The notes beneath the pieces are model-generated. The model was not told the DNA's origin. It saw only the letters and a program-made list of their open reading frames with translations, and searched no databases. A stretch of 64,000 nt of DNA from Eledone cirrhosa. Taxonomy: Eukaryota. Positions 45,236 through 58,823 of this stretch are shown piece by piece. Within the stretch, counting starts at the first letter, position 1. Each line of letters opens with the position of its first letter. The position numbers and the translations under genes were made by a program. The stretch spans positions 11,532,001-11,596,000 of the forward strand of contig OZ024755.1 in the NCBI GenBank assembly GCA_964016885.1. The letters run 5' to 3'.

Positions 45236-46350
45236 TAGCTAGAAAAATGCGTACAGCAAAAAAAAGTAATATTGTTGGAACAAACCTTTAAAAATACAGG
45301 ACAAGGAAGTAAGATAAACCTTTAAAAATACAGGACAAAGAACTAAGATAAAACTTTAAAAGAATAGGACAAGGAATATAAATTTTTACAATAATATTAG
45401 TGGCAAAATTCAATTGGTAAAAAATTGAGTTTCCATCATTACACCAATTACAACTATGATGTTCCGCATGCATCCACTCCAACCATGATCACTTGTCTGT
45501 CATCTTTCCCGGTCCAACTCCTCGCGGATGACCCGGCGCAACTCGGACTGGGTCGGAGCAGGAACTGGAGGGGGAGAGGGAGGGGTACGGGTCTTGACTC
45601 TGGGACGATGACGGCGAGTGACCAAGGTGAATGGGCCCGTGTTCGACTCGGAATCCTGCTGGTCCTCGATGACACTTTGAGGCACGGTTGACGGTTCCGG
45701 ACTGGCTTCATGGGCAGTGGTAGAAGGGCAGGTGGATAGGGCAGAGTGCTTCTTCCTGGGAGAGCACTTGAAGCAGGTGAAGCCGGCGCCGGACTCGTTG
45801 AACCACTTCCAGACAGCACTGGCCATGTTGGCGCAGCAATGATGAAAGTTGAAGCAGGCGACGAGGGGGGAGGAGGTGGAGGCGTTGGTGCAGGAGCAAC
45901 AGACTGCTGATTTGGGAGTCATTGTAGCTGGGGGATGCAGGCGCTGAGGGGGCTCGAGTAGAAGGGAAGAACAGAAATGAACCATGATGACTTTTCCTAC
46001 ATTTTTCCTGGCCCACTTCCTCATGAACCAATGAACCAGTTGGTACAACTCGGACTTGGAGGAGGAACACAAGACAGGGATCAATTTCATTGTATTGATA
46101 TTTCTCATTAAGTAATTTCATGTTACTCAAATAAATCACTTTTATTTGATCAATTATCTATTTTTCCAATAAAATTTTTGCCACTAATATTATTGTAAAA
46201 ATTTATATTCCTTGTCCTATTCTTTTAAAGTTTTATCTTAGTTCTTTGTCCTGTATTTTTAAAGGTTTATCTTACTTCCTTGTCCTGTATTTTTAAAGGT
46301 TTGTTCCAACAATATTACTTTTTTTTGCTGTACGCATTTTTCTAGCTAGT
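45234..46350. mobile_element. 1.1-kb segment bounded by identical 175-bp inverted repeats
   Basis: 45234-45408 and 46176-46350 are reverse complements, each with three ~34-bp subrepeats and a CTAG terminus; no TSD seen. Confidence 0.85.
45454..45922 (-). pseudogene. PHD-finger LINE ORF1-like fragment (CR1/L2 type)
   Basis: MTPKSAVCCSC...VAC..FHHCC...WKWF...FTCFKC, then LRRVIREELDRER and (frameshifted) RQVIMVGVD; GC-rich relative to flanks. Confidence 0.65.
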
Positions 46351-46819
46351 TTCCTATTTTTCAAGGCAATGCAAACAACAACTACTTAATTAAATAGTTA
46401 TTACTTTAGTTACTTCTATCAAAAAATCCCAAAAATGATGTTAATGAAAACTATAGGTGAAAGTGAAGCTATTCTTTTGTGACCTCTTAGTTACTTGTAC
46501 CAATTTTGAATTTAATTCAAGCTACAGTGTCAGCCTGTGCATTGGAGTCACAGAAATAAGTTGAGATATTTTATCTAATTGGTACAAGCATCCACTCCAC
46601 ATGGCGGGGACATAGGTCAGATCGTGGAGCACTCACCTATCTTAAAAATATTAACTTATGATAAATAAGAGTCATTTAAGAAAATACAATTTTTTTAAAT
46701 TAGTAGGTGAGCATTAACAACTGAATCTAAATGGAGCAAATTTGCACCATTTGCATTTAGTTGAAAATAACATTTTAATTAAACATGACAAATTCTAATG
46801 CAATAGAAGGCAAATATCA

Positions 46820-47082
46820 ATTTTCACATGCAAATTTTTTTGGGATTTTTTTCACGCGCGCCATTTTTGGTCGATTTTTTGTCAATTTTTCACATGCAAA
46901 TTTTTTTGGGTTTTTTTGATTTTTTTTCACGCGCGCCATTTTTGTCGATTTTTTGTCAATTTTTCACATGATAATTTTTTTTTGGATTTTTGGATTTTCT
47001 TCACGCACGCCATTTTTGTCGATTTTTTGTCAATTTTTCACATGATAATTTTTTTTGGATTTTTGTATTTTCTTCACGCGCT
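46820..47082. repeat. Tandem repeat of ~60-70-bp units, about 4 copies
   Basis: TTTTCACATG...TTCACGCGCGCCATTTTTGTCGATTTTTTGTCAA units. Confidence 0.88.
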
Positions 47083-47663
47083 TTTTGGTATGCATTATTC
47101 ATATGTTTTGCTTGTTCTGATTGTCTTTTTTCTTTTATTTCAGCAGCTTTCCGTTTTTTATAATCCCTATTCCTAATGGCATTTTTTCTCCGTTTTTCAT
47201 TCTCTTTATGAATTTTTTGATCTTTGGGACATTCGGAAGCACTATCAGTCTCATTGAATTCAAATTCAGGTCCAGGATTTAATTCAACACAACCGATAAT
47301 AAGCAATGATAAGATCAGTGCACGTGTTCTATATTTCTGATTGGAAATCGGGTAAATTCGTTTATTGGATTTGTAAAAAGCCGCCTGAATGTGAATTTCA
47401 TCATTCGAATTGCCCGATTGTGGAATTGTTTCATTCGAAATGGAAATATTGCATTTTCGCGCCAGGCAAAAAAGTAATAAGCCGATCAAAAAGCCGCGAA
47501 ACGTATATGGTGACTTTTTTCGAAAGCCGCGAAACGTATGAAGTGACCTTTTGCGATTTTTTTTGCGACCATTTTGGCGAGACTTTTGCAGGGAAACAAA
47601 TTTTTCATTTGTAATAGTCAAAATAAATAAGCCGATAAAAAAGCCGAGAGACGTCATTTTCAT
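47001..47663 (-). CDS. 220-aa ORF with 2A-like motif, probably the N-terminus of a transposon (Helitron-like) protein
   Basis: LILSLLIIGCVELNPGP (GCVELNPGP at 47294-47268), followed by a K/R/E-rich helical region; the frame runs into the tandem repeat. Confidence 0.45.
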   Translation of the reverse strand: MKMTSLGFFIGLFILTITNEKFVSLQKSRQNGRKKNRKRSLHTFRGFRKKSPYTFRGFLIGLLLFCLARKCNISISNETIPQSGNSNDEIHIQAAFYKSNKRIYPISNQKYRTRALILSLLIIGCVELNPGPEFEFNETDSASECPKDQKIHKENEKRRKNAIRNRDYKKRKAAEIKEKRQSEQAKHMNNAYQKAREENTKIQKKLSCEKLTKNRQKWRA

Positions 47664-47989
47664 ATGTCAAATGAGCACACTATTCGCACCTATCGCAAAT
47701 GAGTTCACTACTCGCACCTATCGGTACAAAAAATAGCACAACTATTCACAACTATTAGTACAAATCCAAATGATTTTCTGAATTTCTAGTATATCAATCA
47801 GCGACTGCTTTGAAAGAGAACAATGCAGTGAGTGATTACTCATTTGAATATAAATAGAAGACAACCTCAACTAGTTTGCAACGTGTGACCACTTATCGCG
47901 AGATAGGAGAACATAATAGCTCCTAATTAGCTCAATGATTAATGTTTACTGCCACATTGTATCAACATTTAAAATTCAAATTCAAAAAA

Positions 47990-48556
47990 ATAACCGCAGT
48001 CACAGGGGGGGGGGTTCAAATAACCACCGCACCCCGAATAACCGCAGTCACTAGGGGGGGTTCGAATAAGACCCTCACCCCAAATAACAGCAGTCACTGG
48101 GGGAGGGTTCGAATAAGCGCCTCACCCCGAATAATCGCAGTCACTGTGGGGGGGGGGGGTTCGAATAAGCGCCGCACCCCGAATAACCGCAGTCACTGTG
48201 GGGGGGGGGGGGGGGTTCGAATAAGCGCCTCACCCCGAATAATCGCAGTCACTGGGGGAGGGTTCGAATAAGCGCCGCACCCCGAATAACCGCAGTCACT
48301 GGGGGGAGGGTTCGAATAAGCGCCGCACCCCGAATAATCGCAGTCACTGGGGGGAGGGTTCGAATAAGCGCCGCACCCCGAATAACCGCAGTCACTGGGG
48401 GGAGGGTTCGAATAAGCGCCGCACCCCGAATAATCGCAGTCACTGGGGGGAGGGTTCGAATAAGCGGGGGGGGGGGGGGGGTTCGAATAAGCGTCTCACC
48501 CCGAATAATCGCAGTCACTGGGGGAGGGTTCGAATAAGCGCCGCACCCCGAATAAC
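47990..48556. repeat. GC-rich minisatellite of ~50-bp units, about 11 copies
   Basis: GGTTCGAATAAGCGCCGCACCCCGAATAA(C/T)CGCAGTCACTGGGGGGAG units. Confidence 0.93.
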
Positions 48557-48599
48557 CCCTTATCCTCCTCTGACCGGTCCCAAGAGATGCATCAAATGC

Positions 48600-48993
48600 A
48601 CAGAGCGTCACCCTTACTCACTCACTCACTTGAACACAGTTTTTTTCAGCAAACTTTGATCATAACTTTTTTTGTGCTGAACGAAATTTCGAGATTTTTA
48701 GCTTATATAAGAGATGTGCAATGATTTACTCTCCATGCTCATATAACTTTCATGTGATTTTGATAATCGGAAGACATTCTAATAATGCTGTAAAGAGACG
48801 ATTGCCAACGAAATCACTAAGACAACAATATTACTAAACCGACTACCGTCGGTTTAGGATATATGTATATGTATGTATGTATGTGTATATATATATATAT
48901 GTATGTATGTATGTATGTATATATATATATGTATGTATGTATGTATATATATATGTATGTATATATGTATGTATGTATATATATGTATGTATG

Positions 48994-49027
<34 letters not shown>

Positions 49028-49305
49028 TATATATATGTATGTATAACAGAGCGTCACCCTTACTCACTCACTTACTCACTTGAACACAGTTTTTTTCAGC
49101 AAACTTTGATCATAACTTTTTTTGTGCTGAACGAAATTTCGAGATTTTTAGCTTAAGAGATGTGCAATGATTTACTCTCCATGCTCATATAACTTTCATG
49201 TGATTTTGATAATCGGAAGACATTCTAATAATGCTGTAAAGAGACGATTGCCAACGAAATCACTAAGACAACAATATTACTAAACCGACTACCGTCGGTT
49301 TAGGA
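48600..49305 (-). mobile_element. Two near-identical ~260-bp Helentron/DINE-like non-autonomous elements (48600-48860, 49047-49305)
   Basis: Direct repeats with terminal hairpin CTAAACCGAC-TACC-GTCGGTTTAG and an (ACTC)n run, separated by (TATG)n. Confidence 0.6.
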
Positions 49306-49315
49306 TATATATATA

Positions 49316-49770
49316 TACGATATTAATAAATGGAAACTATATTTATAAAACCATATTTATTTCATTATACATATTTCAAGGACACCAAGTTAAATTGTGG
49401 TGTGCTTTCATCAGATAAAATATAATATAGACCAGTTTTATAAATAAATATTGACATATCCTTAAAGAATGCAACCATTGTTGTTGGAAGCTCCCTTGAC
49501 TATCCGGGAGCTTCCAACAGCAATGGTTGCATTCTTTAAGGATATGTCAATATTTATTTATAAAACTGGTCTATATTATATTTTATCTGATGAAAGCACA
49601 CCACAATTTAACTTGGTGTCCTTGAAATATGTATAATGAAATAAATATGGTTTTATAAATATAGTTTCCATTTATTAATATCGTATTTTTACTCCAATAA
49701 TTTGTTGAGTGCTTTATATCAGTTATAAAAATATTTGCTTGTTGTATCCCAACAATTTAAATAGAACTTT
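49316..49770 (+). mobile_element. Family I fold-back, copy 2, two opposed hammerheads
   Basis: 180-bp arms 49316-49495/49506-49685; CTGATGA at 49587-49593, GAAA at 49624-49627; same tail as 23255-23340. Confidence 0.88.
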
Positions 49771-49778
49771 TACATATG

Positions 49779-49822
<44 letters not shown>

Positions 49823-50815
49823 ATTGTAATGCTAGACGAAATCTAAACGTCTGGCTCGTTATAATTAATGTATATAATATATATATAAAAGAGAGAGAGA
49901 CTACGAAGCGATAATGCCAAAGTTTGTATCGTGGGATTTGAACTCAGGCCATGAAGTGGTGGAACAAATACTGCAAAGCATTGCATCTTACATAATTATA
50001 TATGTACATAGAATAGTGAATGTATGCATTTGTTGGTAGACTTAATCAGATTGCCTATGGATGAATATGTACATATACATGTAGGCACACACACACGACT
50101 ACTGTGCGTAAATATGCATGCATACGCATATATACATAAATATAAATATATTTTCACACACATGCACATGCATACACACAAACACACACATATATATATA
50201 TATACACACATACAATTTTATATATACGTATGTATATACACATGCAAAAACACACACACACACACATATATATATATACACACACACAATTTTATATATA
50301 CGTATGTATATACACATGCAAACACACATATACATATATATATAACTATATACACACAGATTATATATCCTCTCTCCCCCACTATATATATATATATATA
50401 TACTAAATATGCACTCACACACTCCCCCCCCCCCATATATATATATATATATATATGTTTGTGGGAGAGTGAGTGTATATGAGTGTGTGTATATTACACG
50501 AATATCCATACATTTGCACGTAATGGTATGAAAGATAAGAAACCAACATTTTATCTATATCCGTCATTAACATCATAATGATTTTTCTTGTTTCCTTTTA
50601 AAATTTTAAATTCCAAAATACTTCTAACTTAATTAGTTAACATTATTTATATTTGCTGATTCAGAAATTTCAGCATCTGGGTTGGGTATGAAGTTGTGTT
50701 GGTTACATAAATACCTGTTATGAAAAAAATATGTACTGGTGTCAATATAATTGATTAAATCCATTTAGATCGTTGCCCCAGCAGAGCCGCAGTCTATTGT
50801 TTGGAACCAGTAAAA

Positions 50816-51277
50816 TAATTGTTTCTACTTGTGGCACAAGGCCAGCAAATACCCAGTGTATTACTGGTACTTTATTTTATCGACCTCGTAAGGATGAAAG
50901 GCAAAGTTAACTTTGGCAAGATTTGAACTCAGAATGGCAAGGGCCGTAACTATGCGTCAAAGCATGGCGTCCGACCGTCTACCGATACTGCCAATGTAAA
51001 ATAATATAGATAAATCACCCACACAGTCACATATACACATACAAACACGCATATGCACACATATACATTAATACACAAAAACAAACACAAACAATCGTTG
51101 GCAGTATCGGTAGAGGGTCGGACGCCATGCTTTCTAGCATAGTTACATCTCTTTACGGTCTGAGTTCAAATCCCGTCGAGGTTAACTTTGCCTTTCATCC
51201 TTACAGGGTCGATAAAGTAAAGTACCAGTAATGTACTGGGATAATTGCTGGCATAGTGCCAAAAGTAGAAACAGTTA
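50816..51277. mobile_element. Two divergent family 1 SINEs (50816-50995 minus, 51098-51277 plus)
   Basis: Family bodies; the first has TSD GTAAAATAAT. Confidence 0.88.
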
Positions 51278-51285
51278 TGTATATG

Positions 51286-51316
<31 letters not shown>

Positions 51317-51734
51317 TTGTGTTGTGTGTGTATGCAAAAAGTAAACAGAAATAGCAAAGCAAAAGACATAGTAAACTAAAGAAATATATCAGTTTAACGC
51401 TTGATATAGTAGGAAGAGAGTCTTAAAGTTTTGTGCATTAATCCTTCAGCAGGAGATAGATTGAGAAATGAAAGACGAAATAAAAAGATAGAGAATGAGA
51501 AGAGGAGGGAGCGGGGAAAACATGAGAAAAAGCACAAGTGTTCAGTCAGCCATTTTGGAGAAGTGTGTGTGTAGATTGCCGAGTTGTGTCGGAGGGGAAG
51601 GGGGTAACCAACCAGTTTAAAACATGTCCTCAATACCTTAGTAGAGTGTAAGCATCTTCATTATATATATATAGAAATGTCTTCTACAAGACTAGAACAG
51701 TTTCATTTGTATGGAATCACCAGGAATATCTTGA

Positions 51735-52460
<726 letters not shown>

Positions 52461-52559
52461 CAGAGTGTTCCCCAAAAATGTATACACAGTTTGATTACCT
52501 GTACAGGCAATATTTATTAGAATGCTGTTGAAGTTGGTATACATTTTTGGGACACCCTG
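52461..52559. mobile_element. Tc1/mariner-type MITE, about 100 bp
   Basis: TIRs CAGAGTGTTCCCAAAAATGTATAC / GTATACATTTTTGGGACACCCTG, followed by TA. Confidence 0.75.
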
Positions 52560-52620
<61 letters not shown>

Positions 52621-53399
52621 CGTTTTTGTGTGTATATATACATACACACACACACATATACATACACGCATGTAGTTTTACTATGGTAGATGTATATGAT
52701 TAATGAGCAAATTAATCCTAAAGAAAATAATATAAGAATGGAAAGTAGTATTTCGAAATACTTAACGGATTAATTCTAATAAACTGACATTGCTAATTAT
52801 TAACAATAATAACAAAAAAATTTAGGAAACTCCAACTATATTTACTGCGTAATTTAAATTCTAAACCGGAGATCGAAGTCAGATCATTGCTTCAGTGAGA
52901 CCGGAAATTACATCCGAATTACACCACCGACCACATTACTACCAGTAAATATCGATTTCTTTGAGTTGGTCAAAATGTGAAGAATATATTACATCGAGAG
53001 GTATTAAGTCTCTCACCTAACACGGTCCATGGAGAATGATGATGTGTGAGATGTAAAATGGAATGGACCTGTTCAGTTGCTCTATCAACGGAACATTTTA
53101 ATCGTGAATTTATTGTGCAAGTGGCTGAGCATTCCACAAGTGTGTATATTCTTAACTTAGTTCTCGATGAGATACATCATGTCAGTGTGGAACAAGGTTG
53201 GCAACGAAAAGATTAATGAAATATTTCCCTCGGCTTATTAAATGTCATAGACATACGAAATTAATTTGATAAATATTTTTACAAAACATCACATCGTAAA
53301 ACTTTAGGAACCACCCAAAATGCTAACATTCTCTACATTTTTTCATTCTTGTAAAATTTCAGACGTTTTTCCAAATTATGTTTTTCTAAAGCATATCAA

Positions 53400-54149
53400 T
53401 AATCGTTTCTAATTCAGGCACAAGATCAACAATTTGTAGAAGGGAAAGTCAATGAAATCGATCCCAATACTTAACTGGTACATTATTTTTCTTGACTCTA
53501 TAGGCATGAAACGCAAAGCTTTTTCCGGAAAATTGCTTCTAAATCGACCCTAGTACATTGGTACTTTATTTTAGCGACCCTAGTACATTGGTACTTTATT
53601 TTAGCGACCCTTAAAGGAGGGCAGGTAACATTGCCCTCTGCGGGATTTGAATTCAGAATGTAAAGAATCGGAAAATATTCCGCAAAGCATTTGTGTGACG
53701 CTCTACAGATTTTGCCCAACCGCTGCCTTAATAGTCATAATAATTGTTTCTAATTTTGGCACAAGGCCAACAATTATCCAGTACATTACTGGTACTTTAT
53801 TTTTATCGACCCCGCAAGGATGACAGGCAAAGTTAACCGCGGCGGGATTTGAACTCAGATCATAAAGGGCCGTAACTCTTTGCTGCAAAGCATGGCGTCC
53901 GACCCTCTACCGATACTGCCAATCATAATAATTGTTTCTTATATAGGCACAAGGCCAGCAAATTTGGGGGAGGGGAAAGTGGATTAAATCGACCCCAGTG
54001 CGTGACTGGTACTCTATTTTATCGACCCCGTAAGGATGAAAGGCAAAGTTAAACTCGGCGAGATTTGAACCCAGATCATAAAGGGCCGTAACTCTATGCT
54101 GCAAAGCATGGCGTCCGACCCTCTACCGATACCGCCAATTCACCGCCCT
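53400..54149 (-). mobile_element. Head-to-tail array of three family 1 SINEs
   Basis: Copies at 53400-53730 (with internal 32-bp duplication), 53739-53924 and 53927-54149, joined by TCATAATAAT. Confidence 0.88.
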
Positions 54150-54584
54150 ATAAAACGTGTATTTTCTCGTTTTGTATTTTGATTTAACATTGAAACTTTA
54201 CCTCCAATCACGTTGACTTTAAATACTGCAAACTTTCAGACTAGACATAATACTTTCCTGTAACAGATTAGGTCGTAAACAATTGTGTTATGAAATTTAA
54301 GCCGAAAATTTAAGGATTTTAATGTAACCAGTTTGAACAGGTATGTACATAAAACCTACAAGATACTTTGTAACCGTTAAAATCTTCTAAAGTTGTTTAC
54401 AGAGAAGGAAAAAAAAATAAAGCATTACACATTAACGGCAACATATATTACGATTATAGTGAAAAATTAAATCATCGTTAATTTTATGTTATGGAAAGAC
54501 ACGTTTTTATGAACATTTAAACACAAATTATTTTTTTTAGGATGAAGATATGCTACGAAATTTTACATTGATACTCGGAGCAGG

Positions 54585-54737
54585 CAGGGATGTATAGTTG
54601 AAGAGTTTGCTTTGCAGCCACATGTTTTCAGGTTCAAGCCCATCACTGACACCTCGGGTGAGTGTCTTCTACAATAGCCTCTCCATAACCAATGTTTTGT
54701 GAGTGGCATTTAATAGACAGAGACAACATGGAAGACT
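54585..54737 (+). mobile_element. Diverged SINE family 3
   Basis: GGTTCAAGCCC B-box-like sequence, then AGTGTCTTCTACAATAGCCTC...TTGTGAGTGG. Confidence 0.6.
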
Positions 54738-54818
54738 ATCTTGTCTCTATTTCACTTGATTTCAAATTTTATAAATAATTTTGTTTCAATTCTTAGTAAT
54801 ACTATACAATAATAGTGC

Positions 54819-54864
<46 letters not shown>

Positions 54865-55952
54865 TACATACACATACATACACATATATATATACTACAT
54901 ATATATATATATACACACATATATATACACATATACATATATATATATACACACATATATATACACATATACATACATACACATATATATATATACACAT
55001 ACACATATATATATACTACATATATATATATATATATACACACATACACATATATATATACTACATATATATATATACACACATATATACACATTGATAC
55101 ATACACACACACATATATACACATATATACACTCACACATACACATATATACACTCACACAGACATATATACACTCACACATACACATATATATATATAT
55201 ATATATACACACACGAGAGAGAGATGGAGTAGATTATGTGTGTTTACAGTTTGTTTATTTCCTCGTGTAACACTAGCAATTCAATAAGGGTATACTTGTC
55301 GCTGGAATGCTCAGCCACTTGCATGTTAATTTCACAAGCAGGCTGTTCTGACGATAAAACAACTGAAACAGTCATAATCGAAATAGACGGAGGTCCAATA
55401 GAACACAGTGAATAGCCCAAAATATCTGCCCCCATTGAAATAAAACCCCTTAAAGATATCAAATAATCTAGCACACAGTTGCCAAAATCTAAGAACATAA
55501 CGCCTAGGCTTCATTTTAACGGACAATTGTCATAGAACATATTTCTTTATCATATTCTTTCATATTCAGCACGGTTAAAAGTCTTTTGTTTTCTACACTC
55601 CTCTTTTGAAGTTCTGCTCGTTAAAAGCTAATATAACATTGACAGTATATCCGAGTACTTACTAATTTACCCGCCTTTAGTACTTGCATTACACATGATG
55701 AGTAACCGATAAAACGCACACGTACCTACATGCATACAAACACCCACATGCACACGCTCACACAGACAGACAGGCATTCATACTAAAACACAAACTTAGA
55801 AGTGCACACTCATACACTTCAATATCACTACAACACGCACACTTGTAGTCCCATTCTCAATGTATAAATATTTACGTATGTATACAAATATACAGTAAAC
55901 ATACGCAATATCTATTTGTATGTCTATCAAATTCTCTCAGCTCCTCTCTAAG

Positions 55953-55979
<27 letters not shown>

Positions 55980-55983
<4 letters not shown>

Positions 55984-56074
55984 ATAATAAATGTGAAGAC
56001 TAACATCCAAAGAGGGCTCGTTAAGGGTGAAAGCAGCGATTCTTTGCTTAAACTTTAATCTGTTGTTTTAATAA

Positions 56075-56078
<4 letters not shown>
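55980..56078. mobile_element. Family A, internally deleted copy
   Basis: Inverted tail (GAAGACTAACATCCAAAGAGGGCTCG) fused to TTAAGGGTGAAAGCAGCGATTCTTTGC; TA-flanked. Confidence 0.75.
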
Positions 56079-56106
<28 letters not shown>

Positions 56107-56113
56107 GTATATA

Positions 56114-56729
56114 CTAGTAGTGGTACACAGCGTTGCACGGGATAAGGTATTTTGGAACGCGGGCCCCCAACAGACCTAATCGTGGAAAAACTGCATGCCT
56201 GGACAATATGTAAAGAAAATAAACCGAATACTCTGATGGCTGGATAATATTTAAGATTTTGCTCGATGAAGCAGGAAAAATGCAGGTTTTCACCTAATGT
56301 GGGCCCTAGGAAATCAAGAAAATGAATTTTTTTTATATGCATAATATGCCTTGAAATTTCGGGAAAATCGGCTAGACGTAACGCCTCAAAAAAGCCCTAA
56401 AAAGCTGAAAAAAATGAAGTTTTTCCCCTAATGCGGGCCCTGGGCCATAAAAAAAGTTGGATTTTCTTTGCTCTCGGTATGAAGAGACTGACTAATACAT
56501 AGTTACAATTTCAAGGAAATCGGTCTGACGTAACGCCTCAAAAACCCATACAAAGCTAAAAAAAAAAACGCAGTTTTTCCTAGGGGATAAAAAAGTTGAA
56601 TTTGTGCATCACACTCCCTGAACCATAAGTAATACACATGTAAAGTTTGAAAAAAATAGGTTGGATACTTCTCGAGTTTTAGGAATTAAAACTCAGACAC
56701 AGACATCATCAGTTTTATATATATATAGA
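56114..56729 (-). mobile_element. Non-autonomous Helitron
   Basis: Minus strand A|TCTATATATATATAAAA ... CCCGTGCAACGCTGTG (imperfect hairpin) ... CTAG|T; internal subrepeats. Confidence 0.82.
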
Positions 56730-56768
56730 TATATACACATACACACGAATATATATATACACACAAAT

Positions 56769-56817
<49 letters not shown>

Positions 56818-56849
56818 TAAGACCAAAAGATGGTTAAAAGAGTTCCATG

Positions 56850-56920
56850 TATTTTATTATGCGCATTTCAAAAACAAATATCATCATGAGATGACATTTG
56901 CGTTTTCGTCAGATAAAATA
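56850..56920 (-). ncRNA. Type I hammerhead ribozyme
   Basis: TATTTTAT-CTGACGA-AAACGCAAATGTCATC/GATGATATTTGTTTTT-GAAA-TGCGCA-TA-ATAAAATA: 8-bp stem I, intact core, palindromic stem III. Confidence 0.85.
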
Positions 56921-57021
56921 GGGAGACATGATATGAAGGTTAAAAAACAGTTGTGGATAGTGCAGTTTTAAATCAACTGCACTATTCACAAGTGTTTTTT
57001 AACCTTCATATCATGTCTCCC

Positions 57022-57098
57022 TATTTTATCTGACGAAAACACAAATGCAAATGTCCTCTGATGATGATATTTGTTTTTGAAATGCGCATAATAAAATA
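57022..57098 (+). ncRNA. Type I hammerhead ribozyme
   Basis: CTGACGA at 57030-57036, GAAA at 57079-57082, ATGCGCAT stem III, predicted cleavage after 57090, stem I TATTTTAT/ATAAAATA. Confidence 0.85.
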
Positions 57099-57317
57099 CA
57101 TGGAACTCTTTTAACCATCTTTTGATCTTATATTATTCATACTCCAGTCCCACAAACTGTAGAGTGCTACTTATCCGATATCTGCATTGCTTTATTGTAC
57201 TACAATAAAACTCACCTCCTACATATATTTATATATATATATATATATCTATATATATATATAGATATATATATATAGAATTTCGTGTATTGCAGGAAGG
57301 TAAACTATAATACTCAT

Positions 57318-57495
57318 ATAATTGTTTCTACTTTAGGCACAAGGCCAGCAAATACCCAGTACATTACTGGTACTTTATTTTATCGACCCCGTAAGGATGA
57401 AAGGCAAAGTCAACCTCGGCGGGATTTGAACTCAGATCGTAAAGGGACGTAACTATGCTGGAAAGCATGGCGTCCGACCCTCTACTGATACTGCC
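57318..57495 (-). mobile_element. SINE family 1
   Basis: Family body; TSD CATATAAT. Confidence 0.9.
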
Positions 57496-58306
57496 ATATA
57501 ATATGCAGAATATATTCGGAATATAAATTAAGGGATTTCAGGTGAATGGTTTTAACATATTTCAAATTGCTTTTGTATACATTTCATTTACATACATTTC
57601 ATTTTATATAAATATCAGTCGTCTAGGAGCAGATGTTGTTTCACCTGCTTCTTAATATCCTTTAGTTAAGGTGGTGCCCTGTTGATTATTGTTTTGTTTT
57701 GTTTTGTTTTTCATTGGTTGATTCTTGCACTTCTATTGATCAGTTACGTAACTATAACCAGTTTTAATAAATTCTTATTCTGATGCAATCTGTATTGATT
57801 CAGTACTGAGTATATTTGGTGACATTCTGTTAAATTGTTCATGTGTCCCTGCTGAGGTAATGCATCCGGGACTTAATGTTTTATGTATTTGCATTCCTTA
57901 ATTTGTGGGTTACTTAAATGTTTCTGTTCGAGATTGTTGTGTTTTTGTCGCATATAGATTTTATACATATATATATACATATATATACACACATATATAT
58001 ACATATATATATACATATATATATATACATATATATATACATATATATATATACATATATATATACATATATATATATACATATATATATACATATATAT
58101 ATATACATATATATATATACATATATATATACATATATATATACATATATATATATACATATATATATATACATATATATATACATATATATATACATAT
58201 ATATATATACATATATATATACATATATATATATACATATATATATACATATATATATATACATATATATATACATATATATATATACATATATATATAT
58301 ACATAC

Positions 58307-58443
<137 letters not shown>

Positions 58444-58478
58444 CATATACATATATATACATATACATATATATACAC

Positions 58479-58637
<159 letters not shown>

Positions 58638-58670
58638 CATATACATACATATATATATATATACATATAC

Positions 58671-58749
<79 letters not shown>

Positions 58750-58792
58750 CATATATATATATACATATATATATATACATATATATATATAC

Positions 58793-58823
<31 letters not shown>

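Larger units (their letters stand above)
56817..57225 (+). mobile_element. (TA)n-embedded fold-back with two opposed hammerheads (family J)
   Basis: Arms about 56817-56967/56975-57131; tail with ACTCC...GAGTGCT. Confidence 0.88.

Noticed and set aside
47990-48556. CRISPR-like array
   Set aside because: Units are contiguous near-identical repeats with no unique spacers.
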